Notes under the pieces: model-generated
Told to the model about the DNA's origin: nothing
Databases searched by the model: none
Seen by the model: only the letters and a program-made list of their open reading frames with translations
In this document: positions 10,801 through 22,517 of the stretch, piece after piece
Layout: each line of letters begins with the position of its first letter
How positions within the stretch are numbered: position 1 is the first letter of the stretch
Assembly: GCA_030704615.1 (NCBI GenBank)
Contig: CM060731.1
Span: forward strand, 42,036,001 to 42,100,000
DNA: 64,000 bases
Direction: 5' to 3'
Source of the DNA: Takakia lepidozioides
Taxonomy: Eukaryota > Plantae > Bryophyta
Program-made: the position numbers and the translations under genes

Positions 10801-13800
10801 CTGGTTGGCACTGCACATGGGATGACTGTTGAGAATCTCATAAAGAACCCCTCGCTTCAAATGTTGGCAGGTGGCATCCAGGTATGCACATTTGTATGGA
10901 TGCAAAAATGCAGTATCTCAGAGGGGCTCGGGTTTTAGACCACCCCCTGACTGGCCAGATTACTTAGTAGTTGGGTTGACTGCTTGGAACCTTCCAATGT
11001 AGAATGCAGGACCACCTAAGTCTACGCATGTATGTATGTTTTATGTGCGAGGATAGCTAATGTACAGGAGACACCAGCCATCATGGGTCATTTATCTCTG
11101 CCATGTTCCAAAGGTATCAGGAGACTGAAGTCTAATCTTACTGTTTATTCATGGATGGCGAATGAGAGCTCTGCTGTCAGGGGCCTGCACCTTTGTTCAA
11201 GTTTGAGATAGGGTCAACTGTTGTTTTGGCAGGCTAAGACTGGTTTATAATTGTGCTGATAGACCCTTAGTTCCCTACACAATATAGGGCCAACCATTGT
11301 CCGATGTGCCCACACATGCTACCTGAACTTTTCTTGGAAGCAGCTTCCGTGTGTTCAGTGCCCCCAACCCATCAGTCAACCCTTAACAGACCTCATTTAC
11401 CACCTAGAGATTCAGGTGGGTGGTGCTCAATGGAAACACAGAGTTAGTGTACGTTAGTGTCCAGAGAATGTACTAGTGAGACGATGGTTGTGGTCGTTGA
11501 TGTCCAGAGAGAAAGATAAAAACAAATTTATCATTACATCCATGGAAGGTCCAAGGGACCAGAAGCGTAAGGGGCAACAAAATGCGGTGGTAGCAAGCTG
11601 ATCCAGTGGAGGAGGGTGATGGTTGTGAAAATGGATTCATAGAGGGAGGAAAAGCCGTCGATGCATGTGTACACTCAAAAGAGAAAGACGGAAGGCTTAC
11701 TCATTTGGTAGGTGGTATGGGTGTGGGATTGGAGGTGGTCTGAAGAGTGTGACACTCGGCGACGATGAGGCACGCAGACGAGGTGTGCAGAAGAGTGTGC
11801 TGGAGCGCCAGGGCCCCCCCACCTTCACAGCTGCGGTGGAAATGGTCTCACGCACAGAGTGGCGGGTGCATCGCAGTCTGGCAGCGACAGTTGACGCCCT
11901 GCTTGCTGGTCCTTTTCTCTCCTCTCCTCTGATTTTCCTGCTGGTTTCCAACATGGTGAGCATTGTTTTTTGGCATACCTAGTTTTACAGACAGCAGTTG
12001 GGAGTAGATTGTGAGCATTAAACATTAAATGTCCTCCATTTTGGTCCAGTGATCCATTTTGGTCTTGCTGGTCCTGATTCATGAAGTTTCTCCCTCAAAG
12101 AAACTTGAGTGTGTTGTAGTGGTCCTCCCTTCCCTTCCGCTTCCTCCTCAAAAGGATATGACAGTAAAATGAACAGTGTGTTTGTTGCTATCTGCAGTTG
12201 TATGTCTGTCTATGTGGTATATTCATATGGGTTGTTAAGCTTTTGTACATATGTGCTAATATATATTTCCATCACCTTTTATATTACGTTGTTGTCTATC
12301 TCCATGACAGGTCGGGCGCCTAAGGTGGAAGTCCGAAGGATGAGTGAGAGTGGGCAAGTTGTCGTAGGCAATAACACTGAGGTTGCTGAGCCCAGCTCCA
12401 GGTCTGGGTCTGGTAGCGCTGGGTCCAGCTCCGGATACCCAACAGACAGTGGGAGTGATGATGAGACAGATGAGGAGGAGGAGGAGGAAGCCGAGATTGG
12501 GGAAGGCAGCAAGGCTGGCCAGTCATGGGAGCAGCGGGATGCTCCCCTTCTGCTGTATACGTACCAGGTAATTCCATTGATATTGCTTTTCTGACAATCA
12601 CAGGTTACCCTCGTTTCTTCGATAAAATATCATCAGTAGTCAGGGTTGTTGATCTTCTGTCCAGCAGTGTTAGAGTCTCTGTAGTAGCGCCCCCCCCATA
12701 ACTCCGTCCTCTGACTATGTTGTTTGCAGCTGCTTCAGCATTTGGTTGATTTTGGAATCTTAATGTTGAGGCTAGTGTCAACAGGTAACAGAATCATCTC
12801 TGGAACAAGTGATGGAAGTGATGGGGCTGGAGAAAGCTGTTCAGATCACTTATGATCTTGGTGCAGCTGATGCAGTACTGGCACTGCGCTCCAAACTCAA
12901 ACAAAACTCATGGGTTCGGGGGATGGCCAAGTTTCGTCAACTGCCCATCTTTGCTATCAAGGTCAATGCGTGCATTCTTTTGCCTGGGACTGTACCGACA
13001 CATTTGTATCCAAGCTCCAATTAGTAGGCTTGAGAGACGAGTCCCATGTGACTGAAAACAAGCATGAGCTGTAGAGTTCTCCTGGAAATGGATTGACTCA
13101 ATGTACAGACTTCTGTGCCACTGGAAGGTTGCCTGTCCAACAAAAGATGCAAGTGACTATCAGTAGCTCAGTTAGACGTTTGGAGAGGTTAAAGAGAAGT
13201 GTTATGTCATTTGGCTAGATTTAGATGCGTACAGTTCTTGATGAGCAAGAAAGACGGTTTGGGAGAAATTAGAAACTTGTACCTAGCATTCAATTTAATT
13301 AAGAGTCACTGTTTGACATTGCGTGAACCATGGCAGGCCAACACAATGGCTCAAATGGTGAGAGCTATGCGGGCAATTTTGGGCATGGAGTCACTGGGTG
13401 CCCACTCCCTTGTTTCATTAAGCAGGCCAAAAGGGGATGAAGGCCGAAAATGGGAGACCGTCAATAGGAAGACAACATTGGAAGATGAGATTGATGCATT
13501 GGAGGTAGGTCACTCATTGAGCTACCTTCATATGCCACATGCACTCCAGGAGCTTTGTTCAACTGCATGAAGCTCTAGGCAGCTGAATAGCTTTGAATTT
13601 CTGAATGATGAAGAGTGGTGGAAACAATAAGTAGTGCACTCCAGATACCAGCTAAAATACCAGGCTGCCTAGCTTTGTTCTTTCTGGATGCACATCTCTT
13701 GACTTAGGGAGTGAATGCTGATTCCACTCTGCAAGTAGCGAGGAGAAAGCCCAGCTACGTTACTGGACAACTTGACTTCATCAGATAAGAAAGCAGAAGG

Positions 13801-14181
13801 TACAGTAGACTTACCTATGTGTTGCATCAACATGAAAGAGCTGCTGTCACATATTTACAGGAGGCAAGACTGGCCATGGAACAAATTGTCATTCCGAAGG
13901 GGCAACCGGTGGAGCTGCTCCCGAGATCTCCTGAAGTGATTGCCCTGCAAGTGAAATTGGCGGAAGGCTACCAACTAGCTACAGAGAAAGCTGGCTCTGA
14001 AATGAGTTTAAGGCTAAGAATTCTGCCCAGGCACATGAAGCATGGAGATTTCAATCCTAGCGGGAGCATTTCAGGAGAGCCTTTAGATGTTGAAGAAGAC
14101 TTCGATTCAGAGGGGGAGGAGCTTGGGGTGTCTGTTACTGGGGGCACAAGTGTAAACAGGTTGCCCATTTTGCCTCAATAA
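6180..14181 (+). CDS. ycf45: Ycf45-like / SPD1-like plastid-targeted P-loop NTPase (SpoIIIAA-type AAA domain, C-terminal R3H-like region), 9 exons
   Basis: Exons inferred from GT-AG junctions and frame continuity: 6180-6806, 7151-7365, 10250-10400, 10690-10881, 11746-11908, 12311-12567, 12785-12961, 13337-13504, 13861-14181. Motifs: [10 protein letters not shown], [15 protein letters not shown], Walker [68 protein letters not shown]. The Ser-rich N-terminus resembles a transit peptide. Confidence 0.9.
7726..7810. repeat. (AG)~42 microsatellite abutting LINE 3' end
   Basis: Pure AG run directly adjacent to the LINE terminus AATGTACTCATAAG. Confidence 0.98.
7811..9763 (-). mobile_element. RTEX-like non-LTR retrotransposon (LINE), 5'-truncated, rearranged and frameshifted, in Ycf45 intron 2
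   Basis: RT motifs on the minus strand: [61 protein letters not shown] (8462-8473), YTYLG. Post-RT motifs RPALEYG and NVAVRGEFG. The 3' end is shared with six other copies in the window. The clade call is inferred from the AVRGExG motif and the CCHC knuckle in the 63453 copy. Confidence 0.88.
9784..9921 (-). mobile_element. 138-bp 3' terminal fragment of the same LINE, flanked by (AG)n on both sides
   Basis: TTGTACTCATAAGACGTTGTTTGCCGTAGCCTTGTGGCCATTGACCCC..., with (GA)n at 9764-9783 and (AG)n at 9922-9949. Confidence 0.9.
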
Positions 14182-16117
14182 AAGAAATGAGGTGATCCTA
14201 GTTAGGTTCTTTGTTATGAATGTACATGATAATCAAATTCATAAAGACCTATTAGTTCTGTTCTTTTTTGTAGTGCAATAATATTCCTTTTGTGGGGCAG
14301 TACGTTTTTGGAGTGATTTTACCTTGATTTTGAAAAATTTCAGTCATCTTTCTTTAAGAGACATGGTAGGTGATGTGTTCCACACCCTGTTTCAAAGGAC
14401 AGTGATAAACTCCCTGTGATACTTTACTGCACAAACACAATAGAGAACAACCTAGAGAAAGGATGGGAATCTTGCAACGGCAACATCTAAAGAAAAGGTG
14501 TTAATGACTCCAAAACAAGAAACCAAAACTTAATTGTCCAAATGTACGACATGGGTGCCTAGCTGCTGAGAGCGAGTGTCCCTTCCAACCGAATGGAGCA
14601 AATCAGCCACAGGGAAGGAAGGGGATGGGGGCAGAAGGGTGAGGAATGAGGAGACTGACCCAATGACCAGAGACCTCCCTGAGATGGGTAGAGCCTGGGC
14701 TCTCCAAAGGTTGGTGGATATTCTATATTGAAACTGAGGCAGGGGCACCAAAAGAGACCCTTGCCTGTGTGATGTGCAGACAACAGAGTAGAACATAAAA
14801 TTGGAAAGTGTAGATTACTGCAAGTGACAATTTGCTAGCAATAATCAATTTGAAATAAATAGATAGTTTGAAGAAATTCGGCACAGATACCGGATACAAG
14901 TTTTTCCTGCTTACATTATGTACTTGTTCCGATCCATTAGGAGGAAGGATGTGGATGTAGTGAGTAGTGGTGATGTGTTCCAGTACCCATAGTGGGTTTC
15001 CAAGTGGACAAGATATATGTTTTCGGTGTGAGGATTCGCAAACTCCAATTGGGGCCCTACTATCCATTGAGTTTCATTTAACGACATAGTAACCGTACTA
15101 ACGAGGCGGCATTTTCGGTTGTGAGATTCGGCGAATACTTTGTCAATGAATGACGATCGTGGGCCGAGATGGCATTGTGCCAATACAAACCAAAAGAGGA
15201 AAACTGCAAAAAGAAACAAGCAGGGTTCAGACTTCAGACAGCCCAGCAGCAGGTATTTCATTCTCGGAGCCCAAGCTGGAGGTCGTGTAAAAGGTGTTGG
15301 TGGCATGATGGTCAGAAATCTCTATCTCTTGTTCTCATCACAAACGACACTTTGAACTCTAGAGCTCTTTCATGGGGGCACTGTCATGATCTAAAGTACT
15401 AAATCTGTCATGCACTTGGGTGCTATTCTCCCTGACAATTCATGCAGAGAACACATGAGAAAGTCTGCATTCAAGTACCACTCTACGAGCCAATGGGAAT
15501 TTTGGGAAGACAAGCCGCAAACTGCGAAAGGCTCTGTCGATTGGTGCAAAATTGAGTTGTGGTTAGTGTTCTTCTACTGTTACTATGGACGACAAATTGC
15601 GATTGCTCATTTTTTAGTGCATACATGTCAATACTTGGTAATTGGCATGACCCAGCACAACACAAACCAATGTATGTTTTCGGATCAATAAGACCCTTGA
15701 CATGGTACAATATTGTTGAAAGGCCTGCAGATTACCATGGGTGCATCATCTCAGTAATTGTGCATGTCCAAGAAGCTGTTTAGTTCCTTAGTCAAAGCAC
15801 GGTATGTTTAACCACTTGGTTGGGTGTACATCCCCTATGATCAGATTTGGATTGACTTCAACATGATGCAAAGTCTCTGTCCTTAAGGGACGGGGCCATG
15901 AAGCTTGGTTATGCGTGCAAATGAGGGTCGGACCCAACACATAAGACAAGACAGTTCAAAGTGGAAACCTGTCACTGGTATGAATATTTTCAATGCTGCA
16001 AATCATCAAACCTCCCAATAAAATGGGCTCACAAGTCCCAGCCGTCAAATTCGTAGACCTGGACGGTGCCAGTTCAAAACTATGTCGCGCCGACCTTGAA
16101 TCATTAAGTATTCATAA

Positions 16118-16483
16118 TAGAGTTATCCGTAAAGGGTCCCAAACTCGGCATGAGAACCCTGAGTTTGGCCAAAACTCGGTATGAAACTCGAAACTCAGGA
16201 TCAAGCGGTACGACTAGAAAAAAAACACTAGAAAAAAACACCGGACCAAACTGCCAGGACTAGGAAAATGGGGGTGAAAGGAGTTTAGTCGTCGAGGCGG
16301 AGGCGGTCAGAGCTCACGCCATAGCAGCGGTTGCCCTCATCCCCAGTCTATGATTTGGTGCCCTCTTTTCTGACTTCGTGCTCAGTTTTCTGCACTTTAC
16401 GGATTAACTCAAACTCAGGATGAAACCCGTAACTCGGGTCCAAACAGGGTTCCAAACTCAGGCTCACTTTACGGATAACTCTA
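16118..16483. mobile_element. Non-autonomous TIR element (MITE, hAT-like)
   Basis: Perfect 17-bp inverted ends TAGAGTTATCCGTAAAG (16118-16134) and CTTTACGGATAACTCTA (16467-16483), repeated subterminal AAACTC(A/G)GG motifs, and a second copy at 61658-61994. No 8-bp TSD is visible. Confidence 0.8.
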
Positions 16484-16604
16484 ATGTTCTTGCACTTTGT
16501 TGGGTGTCTTCCTTTATCTAAGGGAATGTGGACCTTCAGAGCACCCATTGTCAAGTCAAGAACTTCCCAAAATTTAAGCTCTAGAAGAATAGGAAGAGTA
16601 TGGA

Positions 16605-17420
16605 TCATGGATGTAGAGAGAGCACTAGATCATTACCTCCAGTCCTTTGCTGGAAACTTGGCATCCAGACACCATCACACAGCTGAAAATGCTTATTCAT
16701 GCGGCCTTCTTTTTGTTGCGGGTACTTGACTGAGAACCAACGATCCCATTGCACATCGTAAAGCACGAGATTCTGATCGTTGCCAACTTTGAAACAAATC
16801 ATTCCTTCCCCCCACGTGTAATCCATGTGCCTAGTTGTATAAGGAACTCTAGTGTTAAGGAGACCATTGAACATGTCGATTCGCATTCGCGAGATGAGAT
16901 CATAGAAGCCTATGCGCACATTGTTTTTATCTAAATTTATCTGGACGACAAAGATTGTCTCCCGCAAAACAGTTTTCCTAGTCACTGCATATGCACTATC
17001 CGCACTATCTCGGAAGGGTTGGACCACTAGGGGGGCTCCATTATGAAGGTGTAGAGGCCAGGTGTATTTGTCAGGATCTATCCTACGGCCAGAAAACTCA
17101 AGCTGCTTACGTTGTCGTCTGCGAGAGTAAAGCGGGGTATAGAAGATAGTGGGTTCGAAGATTTCCTCTTCTTCCTCTCTGCCCTCCTTGAGATTGATTG
17201 CCAAGCCTCCGAAAACAAACTGCCATATCTCGTGGGTCTTCCCCCAATAGTGCAATACCAGTCTGTCCTTGATGCTCAGGCATGTGCCTACATCGGTCTG
17301 TTGTAGTGCGTTTGAATGTCCATGTATTTGAAGAGGACACGTACACTCCAACTACAAGCTGTTCTACCAATGGGGTGTTTGCGATTTTCTCTTTGCGATA
17401 ACCCATAACTATTACAACAA
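16605..17420 (-). pseudogene. F-box-associated/kelch-like beta-propeller gene fragment, 5'-truncated and frameshifted
   Basis: LVVIVMGY..LVVGVYVSSSNTW in one frame, then LVLHYWG..LVLYDVQWDRW..WMPSF in the 248-aa frame. These patterns are typical of the C-terminal halves of plant F-box proteins. The N-terminus is cut off by the duplicated block starting at 17421. Confidence 0.5.
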
Positions 17421-17623
17421 GGGGTATAGTTATTGGGCAAATCATACACAGCCGATTGATGTTTGTGAGAAGGGATTTCTAGAGGATATCTTGAAAGCTC
17501 AGATCATTTGTTTGTTCAAGGTAAGTCATCCTACCGGCATCAGCCCCTGACAAAGGTCGTTTCTGTCCCTTTGTGGTCCGCTCAAACTGGGCGCAGGGCA
17601 AAATAACGTCATATGAGTACATT
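17421..17623 (+). mobile_element. RTEX-like LINE 3' fragment carried in the inverted duplicate
   Basis: Reverse complement of 48179-48400, ending ...ATGAGTACATT followed by CTCTCTCTCCTTT. Confidence 0.85.
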
Positions 17624-17826
17624 CTCTCTCTCCTTTGAACAATAAACAGATAAGGGAGGTTGTCATTGCCTGATGTGCAGGCAATCCCGTAGGTCTAGTA
17701 ACAATCAGGGCATGACAGGATCTATGTGCATAATTGAGTGTAAAAATGCCACTCTTCCACATTGAGCACTGTTGTGTTCGTCCCATTGTTGCTGCTAACA
17801 ACTGATCTGGATTTGATGATTATCAG

Positions 17827-20464
17827 ATACAAGAAGCTGCTTTCAGGGGTGGACCTCACCAAAGACTTTTTCTTCAGCTACACATATCGGATCATGCAGA
17901 GTGTGCAACGTAATGTGCTATCACAGGATGATGGTATGCCTTATGAAAATATGTTTGTGTGGAATGCTTTCCTCACCCGTGCCATTCGTCAGCGCCTAAA
18001 CAACACTCGCTGGACGGTTGCCCTGGTTCATGGCTCCTTTGAGCAGGTAGGTTCTTGGTCGACATTTTTTTTGGTCCCTGTTTGCACTATATGATAAACT
18101 CTACATCCTTATTGTGAAGATTTATTCATCTGTGAGGGCGCTTGCAGGCAAATCTTTCCATCTTTGGGCGCATTATAGTCATCTCTCTTATTGGAAGACG
18201 GTCGCGACATTTTGCTGGTACAAGGTTAGTGTGGATTGAAATTCTGTGATTGTCGGATGTACTAGCTAGATCCATTCCGGTAATTCCAAAGTAGCTGCAG
18301 GATATGAAAAGCTTTATGAGAAGTGCTCACCTTTTGGTTCTGACCATTCTGTAGGCAGCGTGAGTATAGGGGTGTCTTGAGGTGGGTTCAAATGATCAGA
18401 GCAAGTTGGCCTATGATGTAGAGGCAGACCTAAGAACTGCTAAGTTTTTGGTTCTAACCCTTGCCAGCTTGTTGGCAGGTACCTGAAGAGGGGTGTACAG
18501 AACGGATAATGCTAGATGAGGAGACAGGCATTGGGCCAGCGTCAGAACAAATGAGCTCTGTGGTGCAGAACCGGGGTTCCATTGGTCAGGAAATGTCGCG
18601 CCTCAGTCCGAAGCCTGACATAATTTGTGAGTGTTTTCTACTAAATGGCACCTTGTCAGTATGAATCCAGAGATGTTGTGGGATGACCCAACCTCTCCTT
18701 TTCGAGTATAACAAATCTTATCATCATAAGACATAGTAAATCCAGGTAACTCTTCTACCAGACTGAGCTTTTACCCAGGTGGGGTAATCCATAACAGGCT
18801 TTGGCAGGAATTTTAGTCCGTGAGTCAGACACAGCCAACCTCCAAAAAGGAGAAGCCAATAAGTACTTTGTTTCCCGGGACATTATCTCTTTCCAATTGC
18901 TGTAGTTTCCCCTATTGCTCCAGAAACTTCAGTATCTAAAATCTCTTATCCAGCTCATCGTGTTTCCTCACTTTACAGATTGCTTAGGATTATCAAATAC
19001 AAGCCTGACCTCCGTTTGATCTTCTGCTGCTCACAATACAGTAAGGTTTCATGCTGTAATTTGATGTGCTTTGACGAGGTGATGTCTTGCTTCAGTGTGA
19101 AGGACTGTTTAGGGATTTTCTGTATGTTAACTTGGTTTCCTGTCCTTAGGGTCATGACCGTTTGAGGAGCTTTGATGTCTTCCATTGAGTCCTTGTGACT
19201 TCAATACCCATAGAATCAGTTGGTATGGTTAGTACAAGTGATGGCAGTGGGTATACAACTTGTGAAAGCCATTTCCACGAAAGCTATAGATGACCTGCTT
19301 TTCTGGTTTTTGGAGTTTGCATGAACCTTTTCTTGGTTACTTGGTATGTACGATTACAGGTATTCCCAGAGAGGCAAGGGAAGTGGAGGCAAGAATTTTT
19401 GAAGTCAATCAAACGCTACTATAGCAGTACATATACTGATGGTGAAAAGCAGGATGCTATCAACTTGTGAGCCCTTTCCCACCTCAATGCAGCCCACTCT
19501 AGTTTTTTGTTTTACTCTTCCTCAACATTAATGTATTCATTCTTCAACAAGAGTTATGAATCAGTAGAGCAAAATTTGTGGCCCACCCATGAAGCACAGT
19601 TGATCCTTGAGAAAATTCGATATCTACCTTTTGTGAATCTTTTCTAGTGTTGATAGGTCTTCTAAATCTACTTGTACTGTCCAACATGAAGGTGAGATTA
19701 ACGTGCTTTGATGGCCCCGTTGCATTTGGAGCACAGGTTTCTGGGTTACTTCCAACCTCAAGATGGAAAGCCGGCGCCTTGGGAGTTAGACTCTGACTAC
19801 TATCTGCACGTTGGAGGCTACGAAGATGAGTTTGCCAAGGATGTTAAGTAAGGAACAACCTTTCTCCACTGCTGTGCTCATTTCTCATCTCTTCTAACAT
19901 CATCTTGATTATGGGCACTTTCATTATACTGACCAGGTGCTATTTGGATTGTACCTACCTGCCAAGGCTACATGTTGAGGGTAAACCCTTGAGAACTTGT
20001 TGGTGGCTTTGTTTGGGGGAGGAAATTTGTGCATGACCTCAGAGCAACATAAAATGTGTCAGATTCAAAATGTATCCAGTCTGACTTTTCTCCATGCTTA
20101 TCATACAATTATCATGGTCTGTTGGTGGCTGTTGTGTATTGTACACAGGATGTTGTTACAGAGAACTCGTTCAGAGGTTTTGAGACCACCACAAGTAGCA
20201 CCTCCATGTCAAGAGGACTATCACCATCACCGGATGAAATTGACATCATTTGACAAGCTCTTTGAGGTACAATAGAAAACTAGACTTTTCACAATATGGT
20301 CACTTGAGTCTTCCGCAGTTGGATGTGTTCTTATGGACCTAAACTGTACATTGTGGTTGGACTTAGGTGTCATCCGGGTCCTTCAAGCATGTATCCATGT
20401 ATGGGGAGGCAGAGCTGAAAAAGGGCCCTCTTGGGGGAGCTACAGGGACTGCCCCTGATGCTGC
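17827..20464 (+). pseudogene. SAC phosphatase pseudogene fragment (exons 4-6 and 11-14 with introns)
   Basis: [57 protein letters not shown]. Exons 6 and 11 carry small deletions, and almost all of the catalytic CX5RT exon is deleted. Confidence 0.9.
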
Positions 20465-21170
20465 GTGAGTGCTCTCTCTCTTTGCTTCTACTACATATGT
20501 CTCTCACTGTGAAGTTAATATGTAAGTGGACGTAGGTGAAAGACAGATGATGAGGGATTAGCCACAAAGCATCAAGATGAAGGTATACAGATTATCTAGC
20601 CGATAGTAGATGCACAAAGTCATGACAAACGTTACTGTTGGACAAATATGATCACATTCTGCATCCTACAGTAGGGTAAAACCCTAGCAGTCATCAACAT
20701 CCATATACAGAGATTTTCAAGTTGCATGATGCAAGCTGTGTGATTACAAGCAAACCAGAAGAAATCGGAAGAGATTTGCACAGTTTATGCGTGAAAACGA
20801 GAAAGAAGTGTAGATCACATAACATGGAGATCTGCATCTCGTTGTCCACCATCCCTACGGGAAAACCTACCCCCTGAACTGCTAATACGATCTATTGTTC
20901 GGTCGTCTTAATGCGTCTAACTGTTATACAAAGGCTGCTGATTCTACAGAACAGTGCAAATGCACCAACAATATCTTGAAGATCATGAGGATTCTCCCAT
21001 GAGTAGCGTCTAACTGTTATACAAGGCTGCTGATTCTGCAGAACAGAGCAAATGCACCAACAATACTTTGAAGATCACGAGGATTCCCCCTCTGTCTACT
21101 CATGACCAGCTTAGCGGTATAGGGGCAGGAATGTGATCCTGACCAATTTGTGCGGAGTTTGAGAAAGTCT

Positions 21171-21521
21171 CGCGTCCCCTCCAGTGCAAACCACTGCTCC
21201 ACCGTGGGACCTTTCTCGCCTTGCTCTATATGTACGCGTACCTTGATCTCTTCCCCAAATGTGAGCAAGTCATCAGCGCTAAGCTGCATAGGCACACCGG
21301 TCTCAAGACGGATCCCGTAAATGGCTGTCCCGTTAGAGCTCCCCACGTCCACAATCGACCAACGATCGTCCTTCCATTCGATGACTGCATGCTTCTGGGA
21401 GACTGTGGGATCTTTGATATGATAATTGTTTTGGCGCGTACGTCCGACAGTCACCCGCCTGACCTGAGTGCAGTCAAAACTTGCGCCTTCATTCGGGCCA
21501 CGTGAATGGGAGCCTCTCGAT
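21171..21521 (-). pseudogene. BORI-like FHA gene, third copy (start codon lost, C-terminal helix truncated)
   Basis: RGPNEGASFDCTQVRRVTVGRT..SQKH..GSSNGT..PTVEQWFALEGTR, then fused to former 3'-flank sequence (DFLKLRTN). The ATG is mutated to ATC and a short deletion follows it. Confidence 0.88.
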
Positions 21522-22517
21522 GGCAAATGCTTACATGTACGCCTTATCACTATATCCCTCCCTACGCCTCTCCCTCCACGACTTCCTCTTTCTACCAACC
21601 CCCACTCCCTAGCCGCCCTTTGCCGTCAGAAGCCAAAGAACGAAGCTCTGTTTCCCGATTCTGTCATTTATTAGTCTGCTACTTTCTTCCTCTCTCTCAC
21701 ACGTTCTCACTTCACCAGAGATCCAGCTGCGTGTCCGTCTTGTGTTGCTCCCTCAACGCTGAGCCGGAGCGCAGGGCCTCCGTTTCCCCGCCATAGCCCC
21801 AACTTCAAAATCTCAACACACTCCCGCGGCACTTCCGTGCGAAATTGTTTACCGTATTTTGGGGGTACTTACTTAGTATGCGCAGAAGAATAATGTATCC
21901 CAGTAGCCCCTTTCGGTGAAAACTAACTCGACCTCCACTGTGGCCTCCATCTCCTTCCTCGTCCGCTTCCTTGGATTGATCGTCGTGGTTTGCAAGGCAT
22001 TCAAGGGGTGCAATTGTGAGAGAGGAGTGATCGGGGAGGGATGGAAGGGAGAGATGGCAGCAATGGCCGGGCTGTGAATGAGGACCGACTGCCTTCGCCA
22101 TGCCTTTGCGTTGTCTTGGTGTCTTAAATGAATGTCGTAGGGACAAGATCATCAGCGAGAAGTGGAGTTCCTCTTACGTTTCTCTTCAGACCGATCTGCG
22201 TGCAGAGTCGAACCATGGAGTGCTTGTGAATCTTAGTATGATCAGATTTAAAATCTTGCTGTGTATGTTCTAAGTGCTTGCTCAAACCACCTCTGCGGTC
22301 GTGTATCCGACATATCGCGCTCAATAATGGAATGTGGAGCCCTAGGTGTAGCTTGAGAGTTAAGGCACAATGCGGGTGCGGTGGAAGGTGCGGTGGTCCA
22401 CTTGTGGCGCGATGGAACAACGACCGGAGCAAGTATTGGTGGATTTCCTGGGAACTTACGAAGGAACCATCGAGGCGCCGAGGCGCGACTCAACAACTGC
22501 CTTCAAGCAACTGCCTT

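Larger units (their letters stand above)
17421..21949. repeat. Inverted, internally deleted mosaic copy of 39947-48400 (SAC exons plus BORI-like gene)
   Basis: Reverse-complement blocks: 17421-~18759 = 48400-~46980; ~19022-20550 = ~45003-43470; ~20560-21170 = ~41875-41231; ~21171-21949 = ~40739-39947. Confidence 0.93.

Noticed and set aside
21017-21598. 193-aa ORF as a functional FHA protein
   Set aside because: It starts at a non-ATG codon, the true ATG is mutated, and the C-terminus is read-through of non-coding flank.
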